Shown here one piece after another: positions 10,869 to 19,002 of a stretch of 64,000 nucleotides of DNA. The notes beneath the pieces were generated by a model that saw nothing but the letters and a program-made list of their open reading frames with translations, ran no database searches and was not told where the DNA came from. Source of the DNA: Lachnospiraceae bacterium (GTDB taxonomy: Bacteria; Bacillota; Clostridia; Lachnospirales; Lachnospiraceae); the NCBI GenBank assembly GCA_022510615.1, contig JAFLTC010000002.1, forward strand, positions 67,850 through 131,849, read 5' to 3'. Both the position numbers and the translations under genes were made by a program. Each line of letters begins with the position of its first letter. The stretch's first letter is position 1.

Positions 10869-10973
10869 GTGGGATAGATATATTTAATAGATATTATTCA
10901 GTCGGTAGGGCTTCCGGATATCTTGCATCTGGGAGCCCTACTTATTGTATGGTTCTTTGGTCTAACGGGAATA

Positions 10974-11011
10974 TGCCAGATATGTCAATATTTATTCGCA
11001 AAATATCATAG
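10974..11011 (+). promoter_or_regulatory. Candidate AraC-family activator site upstream of the GH43 gene
   Basis: Second copy of the 38-bp motif, followed at the same distance by an AT-rich -10-like region. Confidence 0.55.
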
Positions 11012-11084
11012 AAATTTCCTTTCCTCCCATTTAAAATAATACTATCATAAAGGTTTCGAACAATAATAAAAGGAGGATGAGGAA

Positions 11085-13538
11085 ATGAAAAAGGAAAAAC
11101 GTGTAGGCAGCATTGTTTTGACCGGGCTGTTAGTGCTATCCATGACAATCAGTGGCATGGCCGGCACAACATCCGATGCAAAGGCAAAAAAGGCTACATT
11201 AAAAACAAAGAAGGTAAACTTGAGGGTGGGTGAAAAGAAAAAAATCAAAATTAATAACAAGAAAAAATCCTGCAAATATACCTTCAAGAGTAACAAAAAG
11301 AAGGTGGCAACGGTGTTAAAGAAAGGTCAGATTAAAGCTAAGAAAACAGGCAACGCCAAAATTACCGTAAAAGAGGTTTCCAAAAAGGGAAAAGGAAAGG
11401 CTAGAAAGGTTGGCATTGTAAAAGTGAAGGTTAAGCAAAAGCAGGTACAACCGAATAAGACGGCACAGCCGAATAAGACGATACAACCAAATAAAACAAC
11501 ACAACCGAATAAGACGACACAGCCAAATAAACCTCTTTCACCTGACGAAGTTTCCATAAAGGTGTATACAGATGAGATTTCAGAGGATAATCTGATTGCG
11601 AAGGCAGGTGGCGTAGGAACTCCTCCGACACCGTCACCAACTCCGTTTACCGGTACCCCGACGCCGAAGCCGACGCCACAGGTGTTATTTAATGCAACAA
11701 TGGAGGATGATAGTACTACACCGATTGTAAAACGTGGTAATGCAACTGTTTCCGTGGAGGAGGATGGAGCTAACGGAACCTCTAAATGTGCAAAGGTTAC
11801 TGACCGTACAGCCGACTGGCATGGTGCTCAGATTGATATTACAAAGATGGCTGTCACAGGCAGCAAGTATGAGTTGAAATTTTATGCCAAGCAGTCTACC
11901 GGAGAGAAAAGAAAAATTGATTTGAGTATGCAGTATGTAGATGCTGATTCCGGAGATGAAAAATATGATAGCATTAAATCTTATGAGTTACCGAATGACA
12001 TATGGACGGAATGTACGGCTTCTTTCACACTTCCTGACCATATAGGTGACATCATTGTTTATTGGCAGTCCGTATATAATTCCAATAACTATATGGATTT
12101 TTATCTGGATGAGGTAAGTATGCAGGGTATAGCAAAATCAGGGGAGGATGAAAACTTACCGGATATCAGCGCAGGACTGGTAAAGGGTACGGTGGGAAAT
12201 CCAATTATGACCTCTCGTCTGACAGCAGACCCGTGGGCCATGGAATATAACGGAAGAGTATATGTATATGGCACAAATGATTCCCAGCAATATGCTGTGG
12301 CTCCTGAGAGGGATAATAACTATGACAAGATTACTACATTGAACTGTTATTCCTCTGCGGATATGGTAAACTGGACCGATCACGGAACCATCAATGTAAA
12401 GAAAGCGGCTACCTGGTCATCCAACTCATGGGCTCCGGCAGTAGCTCACAAGACAATAAACGGAAAGGAGAAATTTTTCCTTTATTTTGCAAACAATGCC
12501 AGCAGCATTGGTGTACTGACAGCAGACAGTCCGGTGGGACCATGGACCGATCCGATTGGTAAACCGATTATTAACCGTGAAATCGGAAATTGTGGCGAGG
12601 ATGATGTCGAATGGCTCTTTGACCCGGCAGTTCTGGTAGACGATGACGGACAGGGATATTTATATTTTGGCGGCTTTGGAAGCTCCAAGGATACTCCGGA
12701 ATATAATGCAAACCCTAAATGTGCCCGGGTAATTAAGCTGGGAGATAATATGGTAACTACCGTAGGTGATGCCGTCACCATTGATGCTCCATATATGTTT
12801 GAGGACTCCGGTATCAACAAGATTAATGGTAAATATTACTATAGCTATTGTACGAACTGGACAAATGAGGCCAGACAGAATTCAAAAGTAGGGGCAGCCA
12901 CCATCGCCGTAATGGAAAGTGATAGCCCGATGACAGGCTTTACGTATGTGGGCTCTGTTATGCCGAATCCGGGTAAGTTCTTTTCTGGAGCAGATGGAAA
13001 CAACCATCATTGCTTTGCGGAATTCAAAGGTAAATTCTACGCATTTTACCATACAAAGTACGATACTATACGGCTGGGAATGAAGAAGGATTTCCGTACT
13101 ACCTACGTAAATGAGTTAAATCTGGGAGAAAACGGAGATTTTACAAATAAAAATGGATCCATTGCTTCTACAAAGATGACAAAAACCGGTGCAACAGCCG
13201 TATCCACTATTAATCCATACAAAACAGTGGAGGCTGAAACCTTTGCCATGGCGGATACCGCAGGTACGGTAGAAAATACACTGAAAAACTCCAATGCCGA
13301 CTGGTTAACAAACTACTCGGTATTTAACGGCAAAATCGGCAGTTATGTCGGTGTAACAGAGGTGGATTTCGGAGAAGAGGGAGCGAGTGAGGTTACTATG
13401 AAGCTTGGCGAAACAGGCTCGGATAACTATAAGGATGTAACGGTTAAGCTGGATAAAAAAGTTACAGGAAAGCATACTATTTATTTTGAATTTGTAAAAT
13501 GTGGTATATTGATGGATTCCTGGCGTTTCAAAAAATAA
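11085..13538 (+). CDS. Secreted GH43 arabinoxylan arabinofuranohydrolase-like enzyme (Big_2-type, CBM4/22-like, GH43, CBM6-like)
   Basis: ADP, WAP, FDPAV, FED and NNHH GH43 motifs. CBM22-like VTDRTADWHG...FYLDEV region. NPYKTVEAET start of a CBM6-like domain. Confidence 0.85.
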   Translation: MKKEKRVGSIVLTGLLVLSMTISGMAGTTSDAKAKKATLKTKKVNLRVGEKKKIKINNKKKSCKYTFKSNKKKVATVLKKGQIKAKKTGNAKITVKEVSKKGKGKARKVGIVKVKVKQKQVQPNKTAQPNKTIQPNKTTQPNKTTQPNKPLSPDEVSIKVYTDEISEDNLIAKAGGVGTPPTPSPTPFTGTPTPKPTPQVLFNATMEDDSTTPIVKRGNATVSVEEDGANGTSKCAKVTDRTADWHGAQIDITKMAVTGSKYELKFYAKQSTGEKRKIDLSMQYVDADSGDEKYDSIKSYELPNDIWTECTASFTLPDHIGDIIVYWQSVYNSNNYMDFYLDEVSMQGIAKSGEDENLPDISAGLVKGTVGNPIMTSRLTADPWAMEYNGRVYVYGTNDSQQYAVAPERDNNYDKITTLNCYSSADMVNWTDHGTINVKKAATWSSNSWAPAVAHKTINGKEKFFLYFANNASSIGVLTADSPVGPWTDPIGKPIINREIGNCGEDDVEWLFDPAVLVDDDGQGYLYFGGFGSSKDTPEYNANPKCARVIKLGDNMVTTVGDAVTIDAPYMFEDSGINKINGKYYYSYCTNWTNEARQNSKVGAATIAVMESDSPMTGFTYVGSVMPNPGKFFSGADGNNHHCFAEFKGKFYAFYHTKYDTIRLGMKKDFRTTYVNELNLGENGDFTNKNGSIASTKMTKTGATAVSTINPYKTVEAETFAMADTAGTVENTLKNSNADWLTNYSVFNGKIGSYVGVTEVDFGEEGASEVTMKLGETGSDNYKDVTVKLDKKVTGKHTIYFEFVKCGILMDSWRFKK
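11448..11531 (+). repeat. Intragenic 18-bp tandem repeat (about 4.7 units) encoding QPNKTx
   Basis: CA(A/G)CC(G/A)AATAA(G/A)AC repeated in frame in the linker. Confidence 0.85.
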
Positions 13539-13551
13539 TAAATTATTTTTC

Positions 13552-13599
13552 AAAAAACCAAGTGGGTTCGTGTCCGGCACGAATCCACTTGGTTTTTTT
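13552..13599 (+). terminator. Rho-independent terminator after the GH43 gene
   Basis: AAAAAACCAAGTGGGTTCGTG / CACGAATCCACTTGGTTTTTTT. Confidence 0.8.
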
Positions 13600-13636
13600 G
13601 GATTAATGTGGTAAAATCGGTATTGGAGGGGGCATC

Positions 13637-14431
13637 ATGTTTAAAATATTGTATGCAATGGTAAAGGAACATATGGAAGAGGGGTTTGAGGATAATTTGG
13701 TCTTTGTCGATGGAGAATATGAAATGATGCTCTTTGAAACAGAGACATTAATTGAGGTAAATGGTGAAATGAGGGCCTATCCACCACATACTGGCATTAT
13801 ATATAAGCCCGGCCAGCGTGTCCACTATACAGCCAAAAGTGGCAAATTGATTTACACATGGATACGTTTTGACTGTGATGAACCCCTGTTTGCAGAGGGG
13901 TATGTACCCTTTGGAGTTCCTATTCTATGTGAAAATTATGATTATTTTTTAAGATACTGGGAGCTTGTGGCATGCGAAAATTTCTGGCATAGCCAAAGTG
14001 AAGAGCATATTATAACGGATTTAATGCACATCATTTTCCACTGGTTCCATGATTATGCCTTTCCCACGGAAAGTTCACGCTACCAAAATGTATTGGAAAG
14101 CCTGCGTGCAGATATTTATGCCCATCCGGAGTATGATTGGACATTAGAGAAAATGGCAGAGCGCACAAGTATGAGTACACGTTCTCTGCTAAAGTTATAT
14201 AAAGATTTTGCGCATATTTCCTGTATTGCCGAAGTGATTGAAAGCCGTATGGCACGTGCCAAGATGCTATTGCTACAGACAAAATATACGATTGATGAGA
14301 TTAGTGACCGATGTGGTTATCATAATGTAGAACATTTTTGCCGGCAGTTCAAACGCCATGAGAGTATCTCTCCGGGCAGATATCGAAAACAGCACCGGAT
14401 TGGAACGGATATGGGTGATTCTTACGAATAG
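13637..14431 (+). CDS. AraC family transcriptional regulator
   Basis: C-terminal double HTH (ISDRCGYHNVEHFCRQFKRHESISPGRYR). Confidence 0.9.
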   Translation: MFKILYAMVKEHMEEGFEDNLVFVDGEYEMMLFETETLIEVNGEMRAYPPHTGIIYKPGQRVHYTAKSGKLIYTWIRFDCDEPLFAEGYVPFGVPILCENYDYFLRYWELVACENFWHSQSEEHIITDLMHIIFHWFHDYAFPTESSRYQNVLESLRADIYAHPEYDWTLEKMAERTSMSTRSLLKLYKDFAHISCIAEVIESRMARAKMLLLQTKYTIDEISDRCGYHNVEHFCRQFKRHESISPGRYRKQHRIGTDMGDSYE

Positions 14432-14453
14432 AAATGCCGAATTTTCTGTAAAT

Positions 14454-14493
14454 AAAAAGAAGTTGTCACTTAATATGACAACTTCTTTCTTTT
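14454..14493. terminator. Bidirectional terminator between the AraC gene and the ferredoxin gene
   Basis: AAAGAAGTTGTCA-cttaata-TGACAACTTCTTT with A/T tails. Confidence 0.8.
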
Positions 14494-14504
14494 GATCAGA
14501 ATAA

Positions 14505-14672
14505 TTATGCCTCAATAGCACCTGTAGGACATGTAGCTGCACAAGAACCACAGTCTAAACAAGCATCGGCATCAATTTCATAATGAGCGTCTCCTTCAGA
14601 GATTGCTCCAACTGGACAATCAGCTGCACAAGAACCACAGCTAATGCATGCATCCGTAATTTTATAAGCCAT
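14505..14672 (-). CDS. fdx: Clostridial-type 2[4Fe-4S] ferredoxin (55 aa, absent from the ORF track)
   Basis: Hand translation gives MAYKITDACISCGSCAADCPVGAISEGDAHYEIDADACLDCGSCAATCPTGAIEA, with two CxxCxxCxxxCP motifs. AAGGAGG RBS. Confidence 0.95.
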   Translation of the reverse strand: MAYKITDACISCGSCAADCPVGAISEGDAHYEIDADACLDCGSCAATCPTGAIEA

Positions 14673-14873
14673 TTTTTGTATCCTCCTTTATTATATTGAA
14701 CATACTCACATCATAATACAAAATCCGAAAAAATACAAGTAGAATTTAACAGGAAATGAATAGTTTGAGAGAAATGGGGGAATACTTTCTTGACAAGGAT
14801 GGAAGTTCTGACTATAATCGTAACAGAGAAAGTTATTTATTATAGAGCTAGCAACGATAAGGAGGATATAGAA

Positions 14874-15086
14874 ATGTTAAAAGAAGTGACAAAGGATATG
14901 TTGATTGGTCAGATTTTACAGGAGGATGCTACCATTGCTCCTATTTTGATGGCTTCCGGTATGCACTGCATTGGATGTCCGGCATCTCAGGGAGAGAGCT
15001 TAGAGGAAGCATCTATGGTGCACGGCATGGACTGCAATGATTTGGTTGGAAAGATTAATGAATATCTGGCGACAAAGAACGCCTGA
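14874..15086 (+). CDS. DUF1858 / hybrid-cluster-associated redox disulfide domain protein
   Basis: GMHCIGCP...ESLEEA...HG motif. AAGGAGG RBS before ATG 14874. Confidence 0.85.
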   Translation: MLKEVTKDMLIGQILQEDATIAPILMASGMHCIGCPASQGESLEEASMVHGMDCNDLVGKINEYLATKNA

Positions 15087-15114
15087 AAAGTGAAGTTTTA
15101 GCTTACAATAATTA

Positions 15115-15197
15115 AAACAAGGGATACCATCTAATCGACTCAAACCGATAACGCTTCGCGTTAAAGGTTCTCGCTGATTGGATGGTATCCCTTGTTT
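15115..15197 (+). repeat. Dispersed structured hairpin element, copy 1
   Basis: AAACAAG-N11-AATCGACTC...AACGCTTCGCGTT...CTCGCTGATT-N11'-CTTGTTT. The same core recurs at 33026, 44419 and 44663. Confidence 0.9.
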
Positions 15198-15242
15198 AAA
15201 GATTCTAACCAAAAATTCTTTTCAATACTTATAATTTCTTTA

Positions 15243-16997
15243 TCAATTCGTTAGGGCGTTCATGACACCGTAATAGGCTGGCTTTGGCTGGAAGTTCTGG
15301 TCAAACAGTCTTGCCCAGCAGTCCTGGTCAGGGGCTGGATTCGTACCGAATACACTATAGGGATTATCGATTAAGCCGAAGAAGGTGACATTGGTAATAT
15401 TAGCGGTTCCACCTCCGTCTGTATCCTCATCGATGAGCATGTCCATCAATGCCTGATAATTTTTTCCCTGTTGTGTATAATCCGCCTCTGTCGGATTTTT
15501 GTAATCCGGTACCCGGTAGGTCAGTTCGGTCAGATGTATTTCCAATCCGGCTGCCGCAAAGTTTTGAATAGCCGTTCTGACACTGGCTACTCCGGGCCAG
15601 TTGGAATTTAAATAGGATTGCATACCAACACCGTCCAAAAGTCCGGCTTCCTTAATCGGTTTAACAATCTCAATAATTTTTTCGTTCTTGTCGGGCTGAA
15701 AGGTATTAAAATCATTGTAAAACAGCTTTACATCTTTATCGGCATACTTTCTTGCGTAGTAGAAGGCATCTGCCACAAATTCTTCTCCGATAATCTGATA
15801 CCAGGTAGAGTTGCGGTATCCATTTGGGGTAGAGGTGTCCACTGCCTCATTTACGACATCCCAGCAGTAGACAACACCTGGGTAATAGGTCTGGCAAAAT
15901 TCAAGAAGCTGTCTTATGTAGCTGCCCATTCGTTTTTGCATGGTTGTTTTATCTACATAGGCACCGCCACTGGAAAAACCTTCCCGGAAGAACCAATCCG
16001 GTGTCTGGGTGTGCCATACAAGAACGTGTCCGCGCATTTTGATTCCGCTTTGCTTACAAAATTCCAGATTATCCACAATCGGGCTGTAATTAAGGGCAGG
16101 AGTGTCATTTTTTCCGCTGGCGGCGTTTGACTGACTGGCCGACTGGTTTAACAAAAACTGAGGCTTCATCAGATTACTCAGTGTCGTACTGTTAAAGTGC
16201 CGTTTCATTACCTGCCGCATCTCCGGGGAAGCCGCCGTACTGTTGCCGGCAGAAGTACCGTTAATGGCTGCACCGATACTGAAATAGTTGCTGTAGGCAT
16301 CCTTTACGGAATCTAGATTTAAAGCAGTGGTTAAATCGTAGGTTGAAGAGGAGGATATGGTATCGGTATAGGAAGCATTTACGCTTGGTTTTGCCGGTAC
16401 ACTGACTGCCTCTGCCTCCGGAAGGGAGCCCGGGTTAAATGGTGAGGCTGTGCCACTCGGGGTGGCAGACGGACTCGCTGTTGGAGTATTGCCAGGGGTG
16501 GCAGACGGACTCACCGTTGGGGTGCCACTCGGGGTTGCGGACGGGCTCGCCGTTGGGGTGTTGCCGGGACCAGGAGACTTCACAACAGGTGTGGTAGCTG
16601 CTGCTGTCCTTGTCGGTGTAACAGTCGGCTTTATCGGTTCTTTGGCACGAATCGTAACCTTGCAGGAAAGACGATAGGTCTTTTTCCCCTTTTTTCGTTT
16701 TAATGTAACTCGTGCTGTAACACGGGCAGTACCTTTTTTTACTCCCCTTACAATGACGGAATTTTTCTTTTTAGATTTCAGTTTGATTTTTTTGTTGGAA
16801 GTTTTCCATTTTGTTTTCCGAATAAGGCTTTTCTTGACGCCGGTTACCTTTAATTTCTTTTTGCCGGCAATGGTTATTGACGCTTTTTTTGTCAGCTTAG
16901 GCTTTTTTACTTTGGCAGATGACAATTCCACCGGAGAAGTAAAAAGCAGAGTAAACAAAAGTAAAATTGCTATCCAACGTTGTTTTGTCTGAAACAT
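15243..16997 (-). CDS. Secreted GH10 endo-1,4-beta-xylanase with a Lys-rich Ig-like N-domain and P/S/T linker
   Basis: RGHVLVWH, WDVVNE, FYNDFN and HLTEL motifs. Signal peptide. GGAGG RBS favours 16997. Confidence 0.9.
   Translation of the reverse strand: MFQTKQRWIAILLLFTLLFTSPVELSSAKVKKPKLTKKASITIAGKKKLKVTGVKKSLIRKTKWKTSNKKIKLKSKKKNSVIVRGVKKGTARVTARVTLKRKKGKKTYRLSCKVTIRAKEPIKPTVTPTRTAAATTPVVKSPGPGNTPTASPSATPSGTPTVSPSATPGNTPTASPSATPSGTASPFNPGSLPEAEAVSVPAKPSVNASYTDTISSSSTYDLTTALNLDSVKDAYSNYFSIGAAINGTSAGNSTAASPEMRQVMKRHFNSTTLSNLMKPQFLLNQSASQSNAASGKNDTPALNYSPIVDNLEFCKQSGIKMRGHVLVWHTQTPDWFFREGFSSGGAYVDKTTMQKRMGSYIRQLLEFCQTYYPGVVYCWDVVNEAVDTSTPNGYRNSTWYQIIGEEFVADAFYYARKYADKDVKLFYNDFNTFQPDKNEKIIEIVKPIKEAGLLDGVGMQSYLNSNWPGVASVRTAIQNFAAAGLEIHLTELTYRVPDYKNPTEADYTQQGKNYQALMDMLIDEDTDGGGTANITNVTFFGLIDNPYSVFGTNPAPDQDCWARLFDQNFQPKPAYYGVMNALTN
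16450..16567 (-). repeat. 30-bp-period linker repeats (PSATP/GNTPTAS) within the GH10 gene
   Basis: GGGGT(G/T)GC(A/G)GACGG(A/G)CTC recurs every 30 bp. Confidence 0.7.
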
Positions 16998-17070
16998 AGG
17001 GTTCCCTCCTTTAATAAAATAAAAGGGTGTGGTCAAATCACACCCTTTTGAAAAATCATGTTAATGGTTA

Positions 17071-17892
17071 TTACAATTTGGCTAGCTGTGCTAAAGCTTT
17101 ATCCTTGACAATAATTTGAAAGTGTTCATTATAATAATCCTGAGTGGCATAGGTTACCGTTTCTTCTTTTCCAAATTCTGAAATAACAGAACATGCCAGT
17201 TGGAAAGAGGTTTTGGCATTGCCACGGTTTAAGAGGAGATAATAGCGGTTCGTTACCGTATCTTTCCATACCGTATTTTTTCCGGAATAATTTTCATTTA
17301 CCAGATGGGCAACCTCAATAATTGGATTCAGGGACAGGAAAGAATATACCTTTACACGCTCCTGAATTGCCTCTGTACTTTTTTTCTTATTTGTCTTTTT
17401 CCCTTTTTTTCCTTTTTGTAATGCCTCGCTTAACGGGATAAATTCGGATGAATCACGAGAGGAATTTTTACTTTCTGCTTCTTCAATCAAATCATGCAAC
17501 TGCTCAAAGCAATTTACAATTTCTGAGGCATCAATAGAGGAAGCATCCTCCTCGTCCTCTTCCATGTCCAGCTCATCCTCATCTTCATCCTCAAAATCCT
17601 CATCCTGAATACCAAAACGGGAAAATTTTTCATCAAATTCTTCCGGATTATCCACCTTGGTAATTACGAGGACAATGGAGTCCCGGGAAGTCGGGATTGC
17701 TTCTATCATCAAAGGAATGTCATCTGCATCAAATCCAAAATCGATGTTGGCTTGTTCCATCATATCACGAAAAAGTTCCTTCGCTTTCTCGGAACCATAG
17801 GCCAGCTCACTTATTTTAAGATGGCGTTCCATCAAATCGTGTTTGCTCAAAGTACAGCGGATTTGATTTTCACTAATTCGTTCAATCTTCAC
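17071..17892 (-). CDS. mecA: ClpC adaptor protein MecA
   Basis: N-terminal KIERISENQIRCTL, LMIEAIP, acidic linker and C-terminal ISEFG...EH motifs. Confidence 0.9.
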   Translation of the reverse strand: MKIERISENQIRCTLSKHDLMERHLKISELAYGSEKAKELFRDMMEQANIDFGFDADDIPLMIEAIPTSRDSIVLVITKVDNPEEFDEKFSRFGIQDEDFEDEDEDELDMEEDEEDASSIDASEIVNCFEQLHDLIEEAESKNSSRDSSEFIPLSEALQKGKKGKKTNKKKSTEAIQERVKVYSFLSLNPIIEVAHLVNENYSGKNTVWKDTVTNRYYLLLNRGNAKTSFQLACSVISEFGKEETVTYATQDYYNEHFQIIVKDKALAQLAKL

Positions 17893-18334
17893 AAGCACAC
17901 TTCCTTTCTAGTCGAACTGACTTATATTTGTATCAAAAGTATAAGTTATATTTGCCCTAAAGTCAACATATTAGAGGAAAAAAGTATCTGGAAATATTTA
18001 TATTATATGTTTAAACGGTATGAATTTTCGTATATACGACACTTGATTTTGCAAAACACCGTTAAGTATAATATAGTTAAGGGTAAAGCTGCACTAAAAT
18101 TGGGAGGTGGTTATCGGGGCTGATTTTACATATATTAAGTAATGAAAAGGAACATGTCAATATTTTTCGCAAATCTTTTTTTCTATTTTATTCATAGCAG
18201 TTAGTTACATTATAGTTATATTTCAATAAAAAATTCACAAAAAAATAAGGCAGTCTTTACCTGCAAGCTACAAAAGAATGGTTTACATCACGGAATACAC
18301 CTTCTTTTACTTTGTAGTTACAATAGGAGGACAT

Positions 18335-18580
18335 ATGCAAAACAATCAATGGATACTGGAGGAAGCGGCGTATGCAAAAGAACATGGAATCGCCATTGAT
18401 GTCGAAGGTATTTCCTACGAGGATAAAAGTCAGACAGAGCTTCTGAAGGTATTGGAACATGGGTCCTATATGTTAGATTATGAGGGGGATGCACTCGGTC
18501 GGATTATTGCTCTGCATGTTGACAGGGTGGGACCGTCTGAAAAACCGTCTTATAAATCGTTACGATGTACAAAAAAATAG
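18335..18580 (+). CDS. Small hypothetical protein
   Basis: AGGAGG RBS before ATG 18335, followed by a terminator-like hairpin. Confidence 0.65.
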   Translation: MQNNQWILEEAAYAKEHGIAIDVEGISYEDKSQTELLKVLEHGSYMLDYEGDALGRIIALHVDRVGPSEKPSYKSLRCTKK

Positions 18581-18678
18581 GCCGGAAAAGGGGCACGGGA
18601 ATTACGCGGTTTCCGTGCCTTATCCTATGTAGTGTGTCGTATTTGACAAAAAGAAGTGTATAAATTTCAAAAAAAGTA

Positions 18679-18707
18679 TTGACAAAAAAATGAGTGTGGG
18701 ATATAAT
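18679..18707 (+). promoter_or_regulatory. Consensus SigA promoter of the sulfur amino-acid operon
   Basis: TTGACA-17 nt-TATAAT with an A-rich UP region. Confidence 0.9.
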
Positions 18708-18714
18708 CCTAGTA

Positions 18715-18735
18715 TTCCTAGCAAACATGTAGGAA
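18715..18735. promoter_or_regulatory. Palindromic operator, probably for an Rrf2-family (CymR/IscR-like) repressor
   Basis: TTCCTA-N9-TAGGAA immediately downstream of the predicted +1. Confidence 0.6.
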
Positions 18736-18774
18736 AACTAAGAAATAAAAAATCCAAAGAAAGGAGAGCGCGTT

Positions 18775-18885
18775 ATGAAAAAAGTAACAACACGAAAAAT
18801 GATGCAGAGCAGGATGTGTTGCTGTAGCTTCATGCAGATGTGCGTGGCTATGGATTATTTTCATGCGTGTTGTTCTCCGGTGTGA
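18775..18885 (+). CDS. Met/Cys-rich leader peptide (36 aa), putative attenuator
   Basis: AAGGAG RBS. MKKVTTRKMMQSRMCCCSFMQMCVAMDYFHACCSPV contains 7 Met and 6 Cys. A terminator follows 25 nt after the stop. Confidence 0.8.
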   Translation: MKKVTTRKMMQSRMCCCSFMQMCVAMDYFHACCSPV

Positions 18886-18910
18886 TTGTGATATAGAATG
18901 CAAACATACG

Positions 18911-18945
18911 GCGCGGATACATCACGGCATGTGTCTGCGTTTTTT
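18911..18945 (+). terminator. Leader (attenuator) terminator
   Basis: GCGCGGATACAT-cacggc-ATGTGTCTGCGT (12 bp with G.U pairs) followed by a U-tract, upstream of the mccB RBS. Confidence 0.8.
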
Positions 18946-19002
18946 ATTGTCAACCTTCTTCGGAGTGAAACAGGAGAAAGAAAAGCAGAAAGGAATTTTA
19001 TT

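Noticed and set aside
11448-11531. Short tandem repeats (also 16450-16567) as a CRISPR array or contingency locus
   Set aside because: They are in-frame, codon-degenerate linker repeats with no unique spacers and no cas genes nearby.
17752-18123. 123-aa ORF overlapping the mecA start
   Set aside because: It spans the AT-rich divergent promoter region and has no RBS or protein-like composition.
18728-18760. Third TGTAGGA as another ECF promoter
   Set aside because: It is half of the TTCCTA/TAGGAA operator and lacks the downstream AATTTGTTAT.
18710-19002. T-box or SAM-I riboswitch in the mccB leader
   Set aside because: I found no GGTGG-ACC T-box sequence or SAM-I core by eye. The uORF plus terminator explains the leader better, though an Rfam scan is still advisable.
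18898-19002. N-terminal extensions in the ORF track (mccB 18898; also 7079, 14790, 26994, 35454, 58869)
   Set aside because: They run through promoters or terminators. Downstream ATGs have clear RBSs and match expected family lengths.
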